From: Sphagnum compactum
Lineage: Eukaryota
Direction of reading: 5' to 3'
DNA length: 64,000 nucleotides
NCBI GenBank assembly: GCA_965153455.1
Contig: OZ234493.1
Span: 28,448,213-28,512,212, forward strand
Every line of letters starts with the position of its first letter. Position 1 is the first letter of the stretch. Made by a program: the position numbers and the translations under genes. Below the pieces are notes generated by a model, which was not told the origin of the DNA, did not search any database, and worked only from the letters and a program-made list of their open reading frames with translations. Positions 52,756 through 64,000 of this stretch are shown here, piece after piece.

Positions 52756-55700
52756 AAATCTGTCACCATGGTCTATTGATGCATTGAAGGAATGGTACTG
52801 TACCGAGAGGACTTGTGGCTTCAGTGTTTTCGTGAGGTGTGGATGAGAAAGGATTATGTTCAAATGCTGCAACTTATTGTCTCGCTTCCTAATAGGTTTT
52901 TATTTAAGTTGTGGAAGTGTAGTTCTGGATACATGGTTTGTAGGCTGGATACTTTTCACTATGGGTGGCAATGCAGAATCCTGACAATCAGTTGTTTACA
53001 GATGGAGCTGTATGAAAACCCTAATTGGTGACTGTTAAACCCTGTCCATACAGCATGAGACCTGTCTTTTGACCTAACTGTTAATATAATATTTCTATCT
53101 CTAGTGTCCCCTTCTTTGGACTCCAAGCAAAATGTGGAATGCCCGATCTATAACCAGCAACCATTTTGTGATGAATGTTTGGTTGCGCCAAGTATCACAT
53201 TATCACTCACTATCTATGAAACGGTCTAATAGCATGGTCGAACCAGATACCTTTGTCATGCAGGTGAGAAGTGATATGGTGTGCACCATACCATCCTCGA
53301 ATCTGTTTTGTGCAAGGAAAGTGCACAACTGCTACAAGATTTTGATTTTTCCAGGGCCATCTCATTGTCTTGTTTCTTCATGTTGATCTCATCATATATT
53401 TTGTTCCCAGTTTCCCCATTCTTCCTACTACTCACCTTAGCACTGCAGCTGTGTTTGGTATGACAAATTCTCTGTCATGCACTAGACTCAGATCAGGGAC
53501 TTTTTTTGATGTTGTGCTGAAGCTACCTAGAGGTGTTGTACATTTTAAAGTTTTACAAACCTTCTGACTTATCATCTGCTGATTCATTTCAATGGTTTCT
53601 CTTAGTTAGCAGGAATTGACAATGTGCCCCTCAAATTGTGTTCGAATTTCTTGCTTCTCCACAAACTTTTGCCATGAATGGGAGTTGCATTTAGGCTCAC
53701 CAGAGAATGTTACTTTGTTCCCTGGTTATGATCATGATTATTTTTTCCCTTCTGCCTTGTAGGTTTTGTTCTTGCTTATTGCCCTCATCCTCTTGTGTTC
53801 AATCCTCTCCTCCATGGTTGTGGTTATCTGTTTGTATTGTGCACCAAGTGGTTGTAGAAGTTGAATTTGCGGAACTTGTTTCCCTTGTCGACCCTGTGCT
53901 ATTTTGTTTTTCTAGTCTTGTGTGGGACTGAGGTACCACCATCCTGGTTCACTTGATTCTCATCACCAGGTGATCTTAGGTAAGCAAGCGGAGGTTATTT
54001 TTCCTCAAGTTATACAGGCAGTAAGGAGAATCAAGCTCAATGTACCCTGTGCCAATCCCCAATGCAACAGGGTTGGCTGTCCTGATTCATTGTTTAGAAG
54101 AAAAGAAATGACCAAGATGCTGGCCAAAAGCAGGAAATGACACACAAAAAGACGGCATCACCTGTCTGTCTGTGTGATGACCTTATCCAGGGACATATGA
54201 TCTTCATGTGGATGACTCTATGAAGCACTGCAATGGAGCTGCAATTTTGGCTATTTCAACAATCAAAACTACTCAAGGCCTGACCATGTTACCAATGTAG
54301 AAAACAGAAAAAACTTCCTTGCAAAAGTAAGGACTAAAATGCCTCTGAGAAAATAGTACCTCATTCTTTAACCAAATCGAGCAATTTTTGTATTATTGGA
54401 TGCAAAAGTTGGAGGGTTATAAATGTTCTTGAAGCATCAAAAGTAAAAGAGCAACATAGAAAACCCATGAAGAGGATGAGTGATAGAGATTGCTTCAAAA
54501 AATTTGAAAAATCATTTTTAGACCTCTCTTTAGTCACAATTCCATACCTTTTTCATTTTTAGTCCATTTTGAGTGATTTAAAACTTGATAAGTGCACCAC
54601 CTACTTCACAAAATTTCTTTGTATTTCAAATGCAAAGATACAATGATCCAAGATTTTAAGCTCAAAATTCTAATTTGTATTAATTCATCCATCATCGAAC
54701 ATTGAATTTGCTTACACAAAACATCTTATATATTCTCCTAAACACCTGATATCTTCCTCACAAATTTGAGATCCAGACTATGAAGATCAAATATGAAAAT
54801 TGATTGTTATCACATTTGTGAAAATCATCCTATTTTGAGAGCCAACTTGATTAATTTTTGTATAAATATAATACCCTAATCAATTCTCATAAGTTTTTTT
54901 TCTTTTAAAATTAAAAGAGTCAAGGTAGTTCTCAAAAGTGTTGGGATACCTTTCCTAAAAACCTCGCACTGCTAGCACCCTTCATTTTTTCGACCTTCAT
55001 AAATCTGCCCAAAATTATTGAGCTACATAAAAAGTCCAAAACCTGCCTGAATTGTTTTTGAGCATCAGGATTTTTCCAGAGTCTCTGCCCATTGCGTATC
55101 ATTGGGAATCAATTTTAAAATAATTTTCTGCCTGCGCATTTTTTAGACTTCCTGAAGGGCATGAAGATTTCGATTTGAAGCTCTACCTCTGTTGTGATGA
55201 TGCAGAAAATGCATGCATGACAGGAATGACATTTTCCTCAACTAATTGAGTTGTGTCTTGGAGCAGATGGGATACACACTCCCATAACTCGTTTCACTTT
55301 CACTTTGGGAGCTGGTATTCCCCAACAATCTTCCATCTTTAGACATTGAGTGATATTTGCATCTATGAAAAGATGGCAATGAGGTGGTGGGGCTCATGTC
55401 CCAAAATGGGAAGTGTTTTTGGATAGCAATGATGTTTTGAAAAATCCAAACACAAAGTTCGAAAGAGATCAGTACCAACTAACTACTCATAACACAATTT
55501 GGAGAGGAAAATTGTGTTTACTTCTGGAGAGCTCCTCATAAGCACTGGTGAAAAGGTCACGGTACACCATCATGGGTGCTGGGTAAAGGTGCTGGTTTAC
55601 TCACATTGGTTCCACAGAACAAACCGGAAAATCTATTTAAATTATTACTAAATATCACAAACATCCCATGCTAAGATTAAATCAGGGTCTGTGAGTTCAA

Positions 55701-57386
55701 ATCTAACATCCCCAAGTTGAACACTTATTTTTGTCTCAGACAAAACCTTAAACCCTAAACACCCCATCTTTGAATGTGGGTAGTTATGGTGCAATGCATG
55801 AAGGCAGAGGGCACAAACCTAAAATGTTACAAAGGGGTTCTCCTTTCAGTCATCATCACTTTCTTCATGCAAAGGCTTCTTTTGTGAGTCAAGAATTGCA
55901 TGCAAAGCACGCTTCTTTTTTTGTCGCAAGTCCGTCCATGATACTGGGGCTGACTATTGGTCGTTAATATTCAAGTCGGAATTCAACAGTCCATTAATAG
56001 CATCACCACCTAAGAAGTAGTACACATTTTCTTTATTTCTAATCATATTCTCTGCTGCATTGGTTCACTTTTACAGACTTTCACATGTTTTTCTGAATGC
56101 TCTTTCATTTGCAAGACACATTACTAATAAAGATATGGTTTTTGTGCTTTTAACTTGTTGACCCAAAATGAAAGTGAGTCACAACTTACAAGATTGCAGC
56201 CCAAACAAAGTTTAGTAAAAATTGAATGCCTCCTCTTTTCACAGTATCTATATGAAATTGTGAAGTGAGCATTCGAATCTAAAATATAAGTAAAGCATAT
56301 TTTCACCTATAAACAAATCAAGACTTGCATCGAATATGAGAAAAAATATTAAAGCAGATCACTCCAGCATGCCCAACCAACCAATCTTGGACATGATGTT
56401 CGGTACATGCATAAGGTACAATGAGATCTACAATTATATCTACAAATGTTTAAATGATTAATGATTTTATACTGCCATTTATATGTGTGTGAAGTGTAAA
56501 AAGAACAACCAAAAGTTCACTTAAGCACACCGAAATGGTAAGTGATAGAATTTATGACAAATATATATGCATCAAGTATACAACAATAAAAAAAAAAGCA
56601 TCCATAAAGAGGTGAGGACATTCCTCTCTTCTCTATTGAATTCTAGGCATTCCATGGCCAATTCCATCATCTATTTAGTCGACTATGTTGTGAAATTCAA
56701 AAACAAATTCCTCACAGTTAACTTCAAATGTGGCCAGCAAAACATTGACCCAGAGGTAGAACATAAGGGCCTGCAAGCAATGATAGAGGTCGTGATAGAT
56801 ATAACACATGGAAAGACTCACAAGACATATAACACCTATCATATAAGAAAGGGAATATCCTCATTGCCTCCTGCATGTTGGTGGGTTCCGTCAAATTAGT
56901 GCAAGACAACAAAAAAAATTTAAAATGCTTTGATCTCTGTGGCAGAACAAGCAGAACCACGGAATGCTCAAAAAATACAAGCATGGACAGAGCTAGTATG
57001 GGTATTATTTAGCATCCTCCAACGATTTGTGCTGATGAATGTGAAGGTTTTGTTTCACCTCCAATTTCAGCAAAAAGATAGATAGGTGTCAGGAAACTCT
57101 ACATGTGTGTTGGCACTTGTCGTTTATACTAAAACTAAAATGTCATGAAGTCATAGTGTCATTGATCAGGTTGTCCCATACTAATGAAGTCGAGTGTAAG
57201 AGCATTGCTAGAGACAGAATCAGAGTGTACTAGAGCTATGAAGCATCAAATGCATGATATTAAATGTTGTTGATTTAGCTTCGCAACACCAATGTGATGA
57301 CAAGTTCTTCAAGCTTTGTAGAACAAAGGTTCAGACTTTTTGATAGTTATAGAGTCTCTCTTTTTGTTGCTAAAATGGGTGGAGTC

Positions 57387-57832
57387 CAGTGTTGGCCGGT
57401 TCTTTCTTTTTCATAACCGCCGGGTAGTTATTTTAATTTTAATTTCAGATCACATAGGTTATCGATATCAATATGAAAAAACATTTGGTTACAAGGTAAG
57501 TTATAAAAAAACATTTGGGTAATATCATTGGTTATGTGTAAGGGCAGGTTATCAAATAACTGGTTGATAATCGTCTGTTATCCTGCTGATTATTGGCCAG
57601 TTATAAAAAAAAATTAAATTGTTTTTTCTTCTTTTTTTAATTATTTTTTAAAGATCGATAATCTAAAAGGATAATAATTGAGTCATCCAAGCAGGTTATC
57701 AGATTTCTTAAATTTCCATATCAGATGGTTATCAATTTAAATGGTCATTAAAAAAAATCAAGAACAAGTTGATACATTATTAACAATCAACTTGATAACC
57801 GGGTCAAAAATCAAATAACCGGCCCGAGAGTG
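57387..57832. mobile_element. hAT-like MITE with ATAACC/GGTTAT subterminal repeats
   Basis: Ends CAGTGTTGGCCGGTT / AACCGGCCCGAGAGTG. Related CCAACACTGG-type ends occur at ~14220 and ~14770. No clear TSD. Confidence 0.5.
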
Positions 57833-60800
57833 GTTTGCATCTTTATCATTGATCTGATGTATTATGTGTCAACCCCACATACAAACTTTGTTGATTTTAA
57901 GGGTTTGCTTGCTACGTTGGGGATAACGTGACCCGACAAGTATGTTGGTCCAAGCATTGTTGCTTGAGTTTTCTTCCATTGTTGCTCACTTTTTTTTTGC
58001 ATTGTTGCTCGACTCCTTTTGTATTCTTGGTTGGCTCCTCTTGTGTTGTTACTTGATCCTTTCACATTGTTGCTTGGTTATTCAAGTCTTCTTTCATTAT
58101 TGTTCAACTTTTTTTGTGTTAATATTCAAGCCCTCTTGCATTGTTGTTTGTTCATCTTGTGTTGTTCAACAACTAGTTCCACTTACATCATCAATGTTTG
58201 AACCTCTTGGATGTGGTTCAAGTCTTCTTGGTTGTTACTCAAATCTTTTTGCATTATTATTTAGGTCCTCTTCTGTTGTTGATGTTCAACTCTTGTGTAA
58301 GCTCCCTTTCTAAGCTAGTTCCCATGTTTCCTATTTGATTTTTTGTTCATTGTTGCTTGCCAATTTGAAAGCAAGGAGCTTGGATCCACCATTGAATTGT
58401 TTCTTCAAGTATGATTTACAAAATATGTTTGTAAGTTTATTTATTTTTGGTTTGGACATTAATGTTTATCTTTCCATTTATTTTGGTGAAACATTTTTTA
58501 ATGTTCTAAGTTTAATCTTTGTTTGTTATTGAACTTGATAGAATTTTAATATTAGAAAATATGTTTGTTGTTTGCAAGATTCATTTTTTTTTTCTTTTTT
58601 TTTGCATTGTAATTTGTTTCATTTTGAATATTCATTTTTTACATGAAAAAAGAAAGGTTAAGTAAATTATTTTGACCTTGTAAATGTTTTAAGTTGTATT
58701 GCTTTGGATGCCCCATGTTCCAAAAATATTGGTGGTGAGCCAATCAAATGGCTACTTTTAAAAATGAAAACAATTGTGAACGCACCCATCACTAATTAAT
58801 AAAAGTATGAAAAGAAACTAGGGTTAGAAGAAGAATGAGAACAATTTAAAGGTTCATATGAATGTGATGAAATTGTGGGCATATGAAATTATGGAAGAAA
58901 AAAATCATTTTTTCTTATTTTTACCAATTTATGGTAATTTTGTGATTAAAAAATCATTTTGGTAGAATTGATTGAACTTTTGATACCCAACTTGTGAAAA
59001 TTGCTTTTGAAAATTGATTGGTTTTAAATTTGTGAAAATCAACTCTGAGAACCAATTGCTTTTAAATTTGTGAAAACCGGCACTTAGAAAACCAATTGAA
59101 TCTTTTTGCAAAATTTTAATACCCTGGTTGGTTCTCTTTTATGGAAAATAATGGTAACAATAATTGATTCAATTCCTAAAGGATAGTAGGAACTAAAACT
59201 AATGATTCTCACCCAACAAAAGTTAAAATACCCAACATTAGTACTAACCATCAACATAATTTGTAGCATTGAATAACAATAGTTGTATTTTGTATTTAGT
59301 CTAAAAGATGAGTCAAACTAATCAAACCCTAACACGGTGTTTTTGCACAAGGTTGAACATTATCAATTTTTTTAAATCAAACACAAATTTTGGGGGGTGA
59401 GGAAGGGGGGGGGGGGGGGGGTGTTTAATGTCCTCATATTTTTGTAAGGGATATTCTACAATGGAAGTATGACCAACAATTTGGTGAGCAAAAATTTTAG
59501 CTCTAGTTCCAAAATCAAAAATTAATCCTATTTTGGATCTAATTTTTATTAACTAGAACCAAAACTGGCAATTCTTACCCGTCAAAATGGATATGCAACC
59601 AAAAAAAAAGTGGGGCAATATCAAATAAGACTTTGGTTAAATAGAGTTAGATATGAAATTGTTCATAATATGAAGCTTGCAAAAGCTCACATTTCTTCAA
59701 AGCATGCATTTAAACCAAACCACTGACAACATGTTTATATGTCCTAATGCTAACATCCTATATTGGCATTTCAATTAGATTAGAACACTTTGGACCCCTT
59801 CTCATTTGACTACCATGATCTAATAGTATGTTTTGTTGGAGAGACAAACGCCACAACTCAAAAATCAAATGTTCATCTAACCTTCAAGCTTCAAAAAGTT
59901 CGAGCAGCCCGGTTACTGAAAAAAAAATACTCACCACTCCCGTGGCTCGTTTTTTTTTCCAATAAACAAGCTGCTCTCGCCGGTTGGTTACGTAGTCCAA
60001 ACATCACTCAATATGTCACGCGTCTGCACAGGACAGTTGTTCTTCAAAAATGTATGCAATCACAGTACAACATGGTGAGCCATGCCTATAGCAGCAATAC
60101 AGATTTCTTGTTGCCTAGTAAGTACTTACTAGGGCAGACTGGCCCATCGTCGATCGCCTCCTTATGACTGAACACTTATTTATATCTTCATCGTATGTGC
60201 TTCATTTTGAGTGATTTCAAATGTTATGGGAGCGCTATTTCAAGCTTTAGAAATCATCTTTGAAATGCAAAGGAAAAATAGTAATAAATTTATTTAAAAA
60301 AAGAAAAAAAAGAAGCTTTCCTTCTTACAAAATGTTTGTTTTTTTTTCTCTTTGTACCCCTCTTACTTTCAAACCTCGTAACTTTCTTATTTCTTATTCA
60401 TTTTAAATGATTTAACATGTTATAGGAGCACAACCTGAAGTTCTACCAAAGTCTAATAGCAACAAAGTAACATGCAAGGAATTTTTTCAGTGTTCAGGAA
60501 ACGATCATTGTAATGTTGGGTGGTTTGTTTCTTTTGAGTTCTTAACCCCCTACTTTTGCATTAGCATGAAAAAATTTGAATCTGATGAATGTTGTTGCAT
60601 TTTAGCTAAGTTTTTTTTATCTTTGAAGAATTTTAACTATTTTGTTTTGTGCAATGTGTTTCTTCTCATTTTTTTTTGTCTTTTGAATTGCTAACTTCCT
60701 TGTATTTTTCAATCTTTTGCTTGCAATGGACTCATTTCCTTTTCTCAAGTTCATCTCACTTGTACAAGCCTTGTAGCTTTTTGGGCATAATTCCTTCAAC

Positions 60801-61196
60801 ATTTCCAAGCTTGATAAATGTTATTTTTAAGGCTATAGTTATTTTTTAAAAAAATGTTGTTTGATATTTTTATTTTTTTTGGCTATAATGACTTTTTCTT
60901 GTACATATTGTAGAGGCTTTGCAATAGGTATATGACTTTTGGATCATGTGAAATAGTTGAAGTTTTTTAGAAATTTGTTTAATTTTATATATTTTAATGC
61001 GGTTGTTCTCTATCTTTCTCTATTTTATGTAGCTCTTTGCATAATGTCATTTTTGATAGAGGCAAATGGATTCAATTGTGATCTCAATGTGTATTGTAGA
61101 ATTTCACATGACAATTTTCAAGTTTTCTTCATTGGCCAAGTGTTAATATTGGCCTCTTAGGACCTAAGCAAGTATCGACAACCGAGGGTACGAGAA

Positions 61197-61466
61197 CAAG
61201 GCCATGGTTTGGGACCCCTACAAGGCCACGGTTTGGGACCCCGTTGTAGGGTCTTCTTACGTGGTGTAAAAATGGACGATTTTGGATTTTGGATTGGGGG
61301 GGGGGGGGATAGTGTTCCTTGTGATACCTGGCGGGTATTAGGCGGGTATCATGAGGAAAAAGGGTCCTCTTACATGATGTACAAATGGACAATTTTGGAT
61401 ATTCTGGGAATATTTTTCCTTGTGATACCTGGTGAGTCTTTGGCGGGTATCATGAGGAAAAAAAAA
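61197..61466. repeat. Local direct repeats upstream of the HD-ZIP gene
   Basis: CAAGGCCA(T/C)GGTTTGGGACCCC twice in tandem, and TTCCTTGTGATACCTGG....GGCGGGTATCATGAGGAAAA twice ~100 bp apart. Confidence 0.8.
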
Positions 61467-62776
61467 TGAATGCTTTTTGCCGGTGCGAGCATTTCATTTT
61501 CTGAAATTGGGCCTGGGTGTCCTTATTATCTTGTAGGTGACCTCTGGATAAAAGTGAGTATACGGTGGATAAACTCGGGATGATGCTAATAAACGCTGGT
61601 CGGGGGCACTACATACGCTACTCGAGAGGTAGTTGTCACAAACGGACCGCAGGATAAAAGAACGACTGCTCAAAGGTTTTGAAGTAGCGACTTGCAGGTA
61701 AGTAAAAGATACAGTTACGACGAGGCAGACAAATGTCCTATGCTGGGAAGAAGCCGCTCGCGGTAACCGCGCGGCGAGATAAGTACCGGGCGCGGTCGTC
61801 TCTCACGGTTTCTTCCTCCTTTCAGGAAGGCAGTAAAAAATGGCTATGGCTTCCCGCTGTCTGTCTGTGTGTGTCTGCAGCGCCGCGCCCTGTGTTCGCG
61901 ACGATGTTGCCAACGACGGCGTGACCTTCAAACCTTTTGTCCACACTAGTGAGCGGACGTGTGCCAAGCCGCCTTCGTGTCTGCATTGCAGATCTGTTAA
62001 GGTTTTGCTCCTGCCCCGATTATTATGCGGGTTTCTTCAGAGTTTTTTCTGCGCCTACGTTCTAGTCTAGTAAACTATCATTGTTCTGTCCAGTCTCGGA
62101 TTTCTTTTCCTAGTTCTCACTGGTCTGGCACCGCTCGTCTGCGATCCGAAGGTGGTAGCAACATTTTTGATATTTCCTCTTTCAGAACAATTTCCAGTTG
62201 ATTTTTGGGGCTGCTTGTCACTAGTAGTTTTTGAGCTTCCATTACCGTTTGATCCTCGTGTGCAGCTTCATGCACTGTTCACTCTTCGTTAATTTCGCAG
62301 CAATTTGCAAGAATTTCGTGAGCATCAGTCCCTGTACAGCGAGCCCCTGATGATGCGATTTTGGAGCTGGTCTGTGCTTGAAGCCTTTTGTCTGCTCCTT
62401 AATTTTCCTCCATGCACCGGGGCGGGGCTTTGATGAGAGATCGGCTGTGTCCTGTAAGAAGATTGATCGCCGCTGGGGGCAGTAAGCTCATCCTTGCAGG
62501 TTTCTGACCCGAGTCTCGATTTGCAGCAGTACGCTTTTCTGTTTGCCTCTAGCGGGGAGAAAAGAAGTTTGATCTTGAACAACGGCTGAAACAGGAGCAT
62601 GAAACTTGTGGCAGCTTGTGGAAGCTCGCCTCCTCTCTCGTCGAACTCGGCGCGCCGTTTGCCCTCTCAAGAATTCAGAAATCAAGTACCGCAATCGGCA
62701 AAGCTGGTGGCAGCACGGACACACAGGACACACACGCAGAGGAAAACAAAAGTGCGACAGAAGTGTTTTGGAGGAA

Positions 62777-63648
62777 ATGCAGCAGCAGCAGCAGCAAGAA
62801 GATCATCACTACTCTGGCATGGACTCTTTCGTCATGTGTGGGAAATATGTCCGATACACAAATGAGCAAGTGGAGGCTCTGGAGCATGTGTACCACGAGT
62901 GTCCCAAGCCAAGCTCCATACGCCGCCAGCAGCTCTTTAAGGATTGTCCCATCCTTGCACACATTGAGCCCAAACAGATCAAAGTCTGGTTCCAAAACCG
63001 CAGGTATGTATGTGTTGGGCATGTCCTCATCCCCCCCCCTCCCCCCCCCCCCCCCCCGGCCAGGCATGCATTCATTCAGACAGATTTCACAGTTTGCAGC
63101 AGATGATGATGATGTCCTGGTGCATGCATTCATTCATACACATAGATTTCACATTGCTGCCTTCAGCTACTAGAAAATATATATTATGCCTCCTCTGTTT
63201 GCAGGTGTCGGGAAAAGCAGCGACAGGAATCATCAAGGCTTCTGAGTGTGAATGCAAAATTGGCAGCTTCGAATAAGCTCCTGATGGAGGAGAATGAGCG
63301 GTTGTCAAAGCATTCTTTGCAACTCACTCTTGAAAATCACATACTATGCCAGGAGCTCCGACAAATGCCTGCTGCTAGTCTTGGTGGCATTCGTAACCAG
63401 CTTGATCAGGTGAGTGAAATTGCAGATATATATGAAAAGCTTGCATGAGTGGAGAAATGAAATGTGGTACCTGTACTAAGAAATTTAGCATTTTTATGTG
63501 CAAATCATGGGGTGCTGGTTGTTGTCTGTGTGCAGGCAGCTTTGGCCTCCACCGAAACCAGTTCTGATTCAGTGGTCTCTGGTGGTGGGCTGCATCCACA
63601 AGCCACTCCCCAACATTCTCCACGAGCCCCTAGCCCTGCTGCTGATGA
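62777..63648 (+). CDS. C3HDZ: Class III homeodomain-leucine zipper transcription factor, first 3 exons (3' end unresolved at window edge)
   Basis: Exons 62777-63003, 63205-63409 and 63536-63648 give GKYVRYTNEQVEALEHVYHECPKPSSIRRQQL..CPILAHIEPKQIKVWFQNRR|CREKQRQESSRLLSVNAKL..NKLLMEENERLSKH..|..TETSSDSVVSGG..PQHSPR..SPA. Intron positions are typical of C3HDZ. Confidence 0.93.
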
Positions 63649-64000
63649 GTTAGTCGTTTCTCTCACTGAGCTCCAGTAGGTTTTCTCTCCCGAAAATATG
63701 TGAATATCTTTCTGCTCTTAAACCCTGGATTTTTCTCATCATTATTCAATTTGTATATATTTTTTGTCTTCCCAAATCTGCAAGCTTCCTGTGGTGGAGC
63801 TTATTGCAGTTTGTTTTTTGGGGCAAAGTTCACTGCTTTCTACTGTAGCTCTTACTTTGCTATTGTATTTGCCCTTGTTGGGGATCTAGTATTCCATGTG
63901 CTTTGGATGTTTTGAAAGAGGCTGCCATCTTGATTCTGCACAGACCATCCTTTTATGGTCAAGTCATTAGCCATTGGGTGTCTCAGGCTAAAGACTAGAC

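Noticed and set aside
57862-58532. Hydrophobic Cys/Leu-rich ORFs
   Set aside because: Derived from TTGTTG-rich low-complexity repeat sequence.
1-64000. tRNA or rRNA genes
   Set aside because: No cloverleaf or rRNA-like sequence recognised by eye. A tRNAscan-SE or Infernal run would be needed to exclude them.

Overview
Eukaryotic, intron-rich plant nuclear DNA. Gene content and repeats suggest a bryophyte, possibly a Sphagnum-like moss (inference). Positions 1-15 kb, 29-34 kb, 44.5-51 kb and 57-61 kb are AT-rich and full of transposon debris: two decayed ZNF862/hAT-type transposases, Mutator-like MITEs with TSDs, a non-autonomous Helitron and CACTA-like relics. A self-nested Harbinger/Tourist-like MITE lies in a 3.5-kb intron. 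Genes assembled by hand from GT-AG junctions: an intronless BTB protein with a C-terminal ubiquitin-like domain (+); a 14-exon alpha/beta-hydrolase (-); a 6-exon small J-domain protein missed by the ORF track (+); an intron-retaining ADF/cofilin pseudogene (-); TFIIF alpha/RAP74 (+); a 2-exon C2HC zinc-finger protein (+); and the 5' part of a class III HD-ZIP gene at the right edge (+). The most interesting leads are the BTB-UBL fusion, a ~90-nt element with box C/D-like motifs found in sense orientation in introns of several unrelated genes, and a possibly truncated (microProtein-like) C3HDZ. No database searches were run; family assignments rest on motifs recognised by eye.
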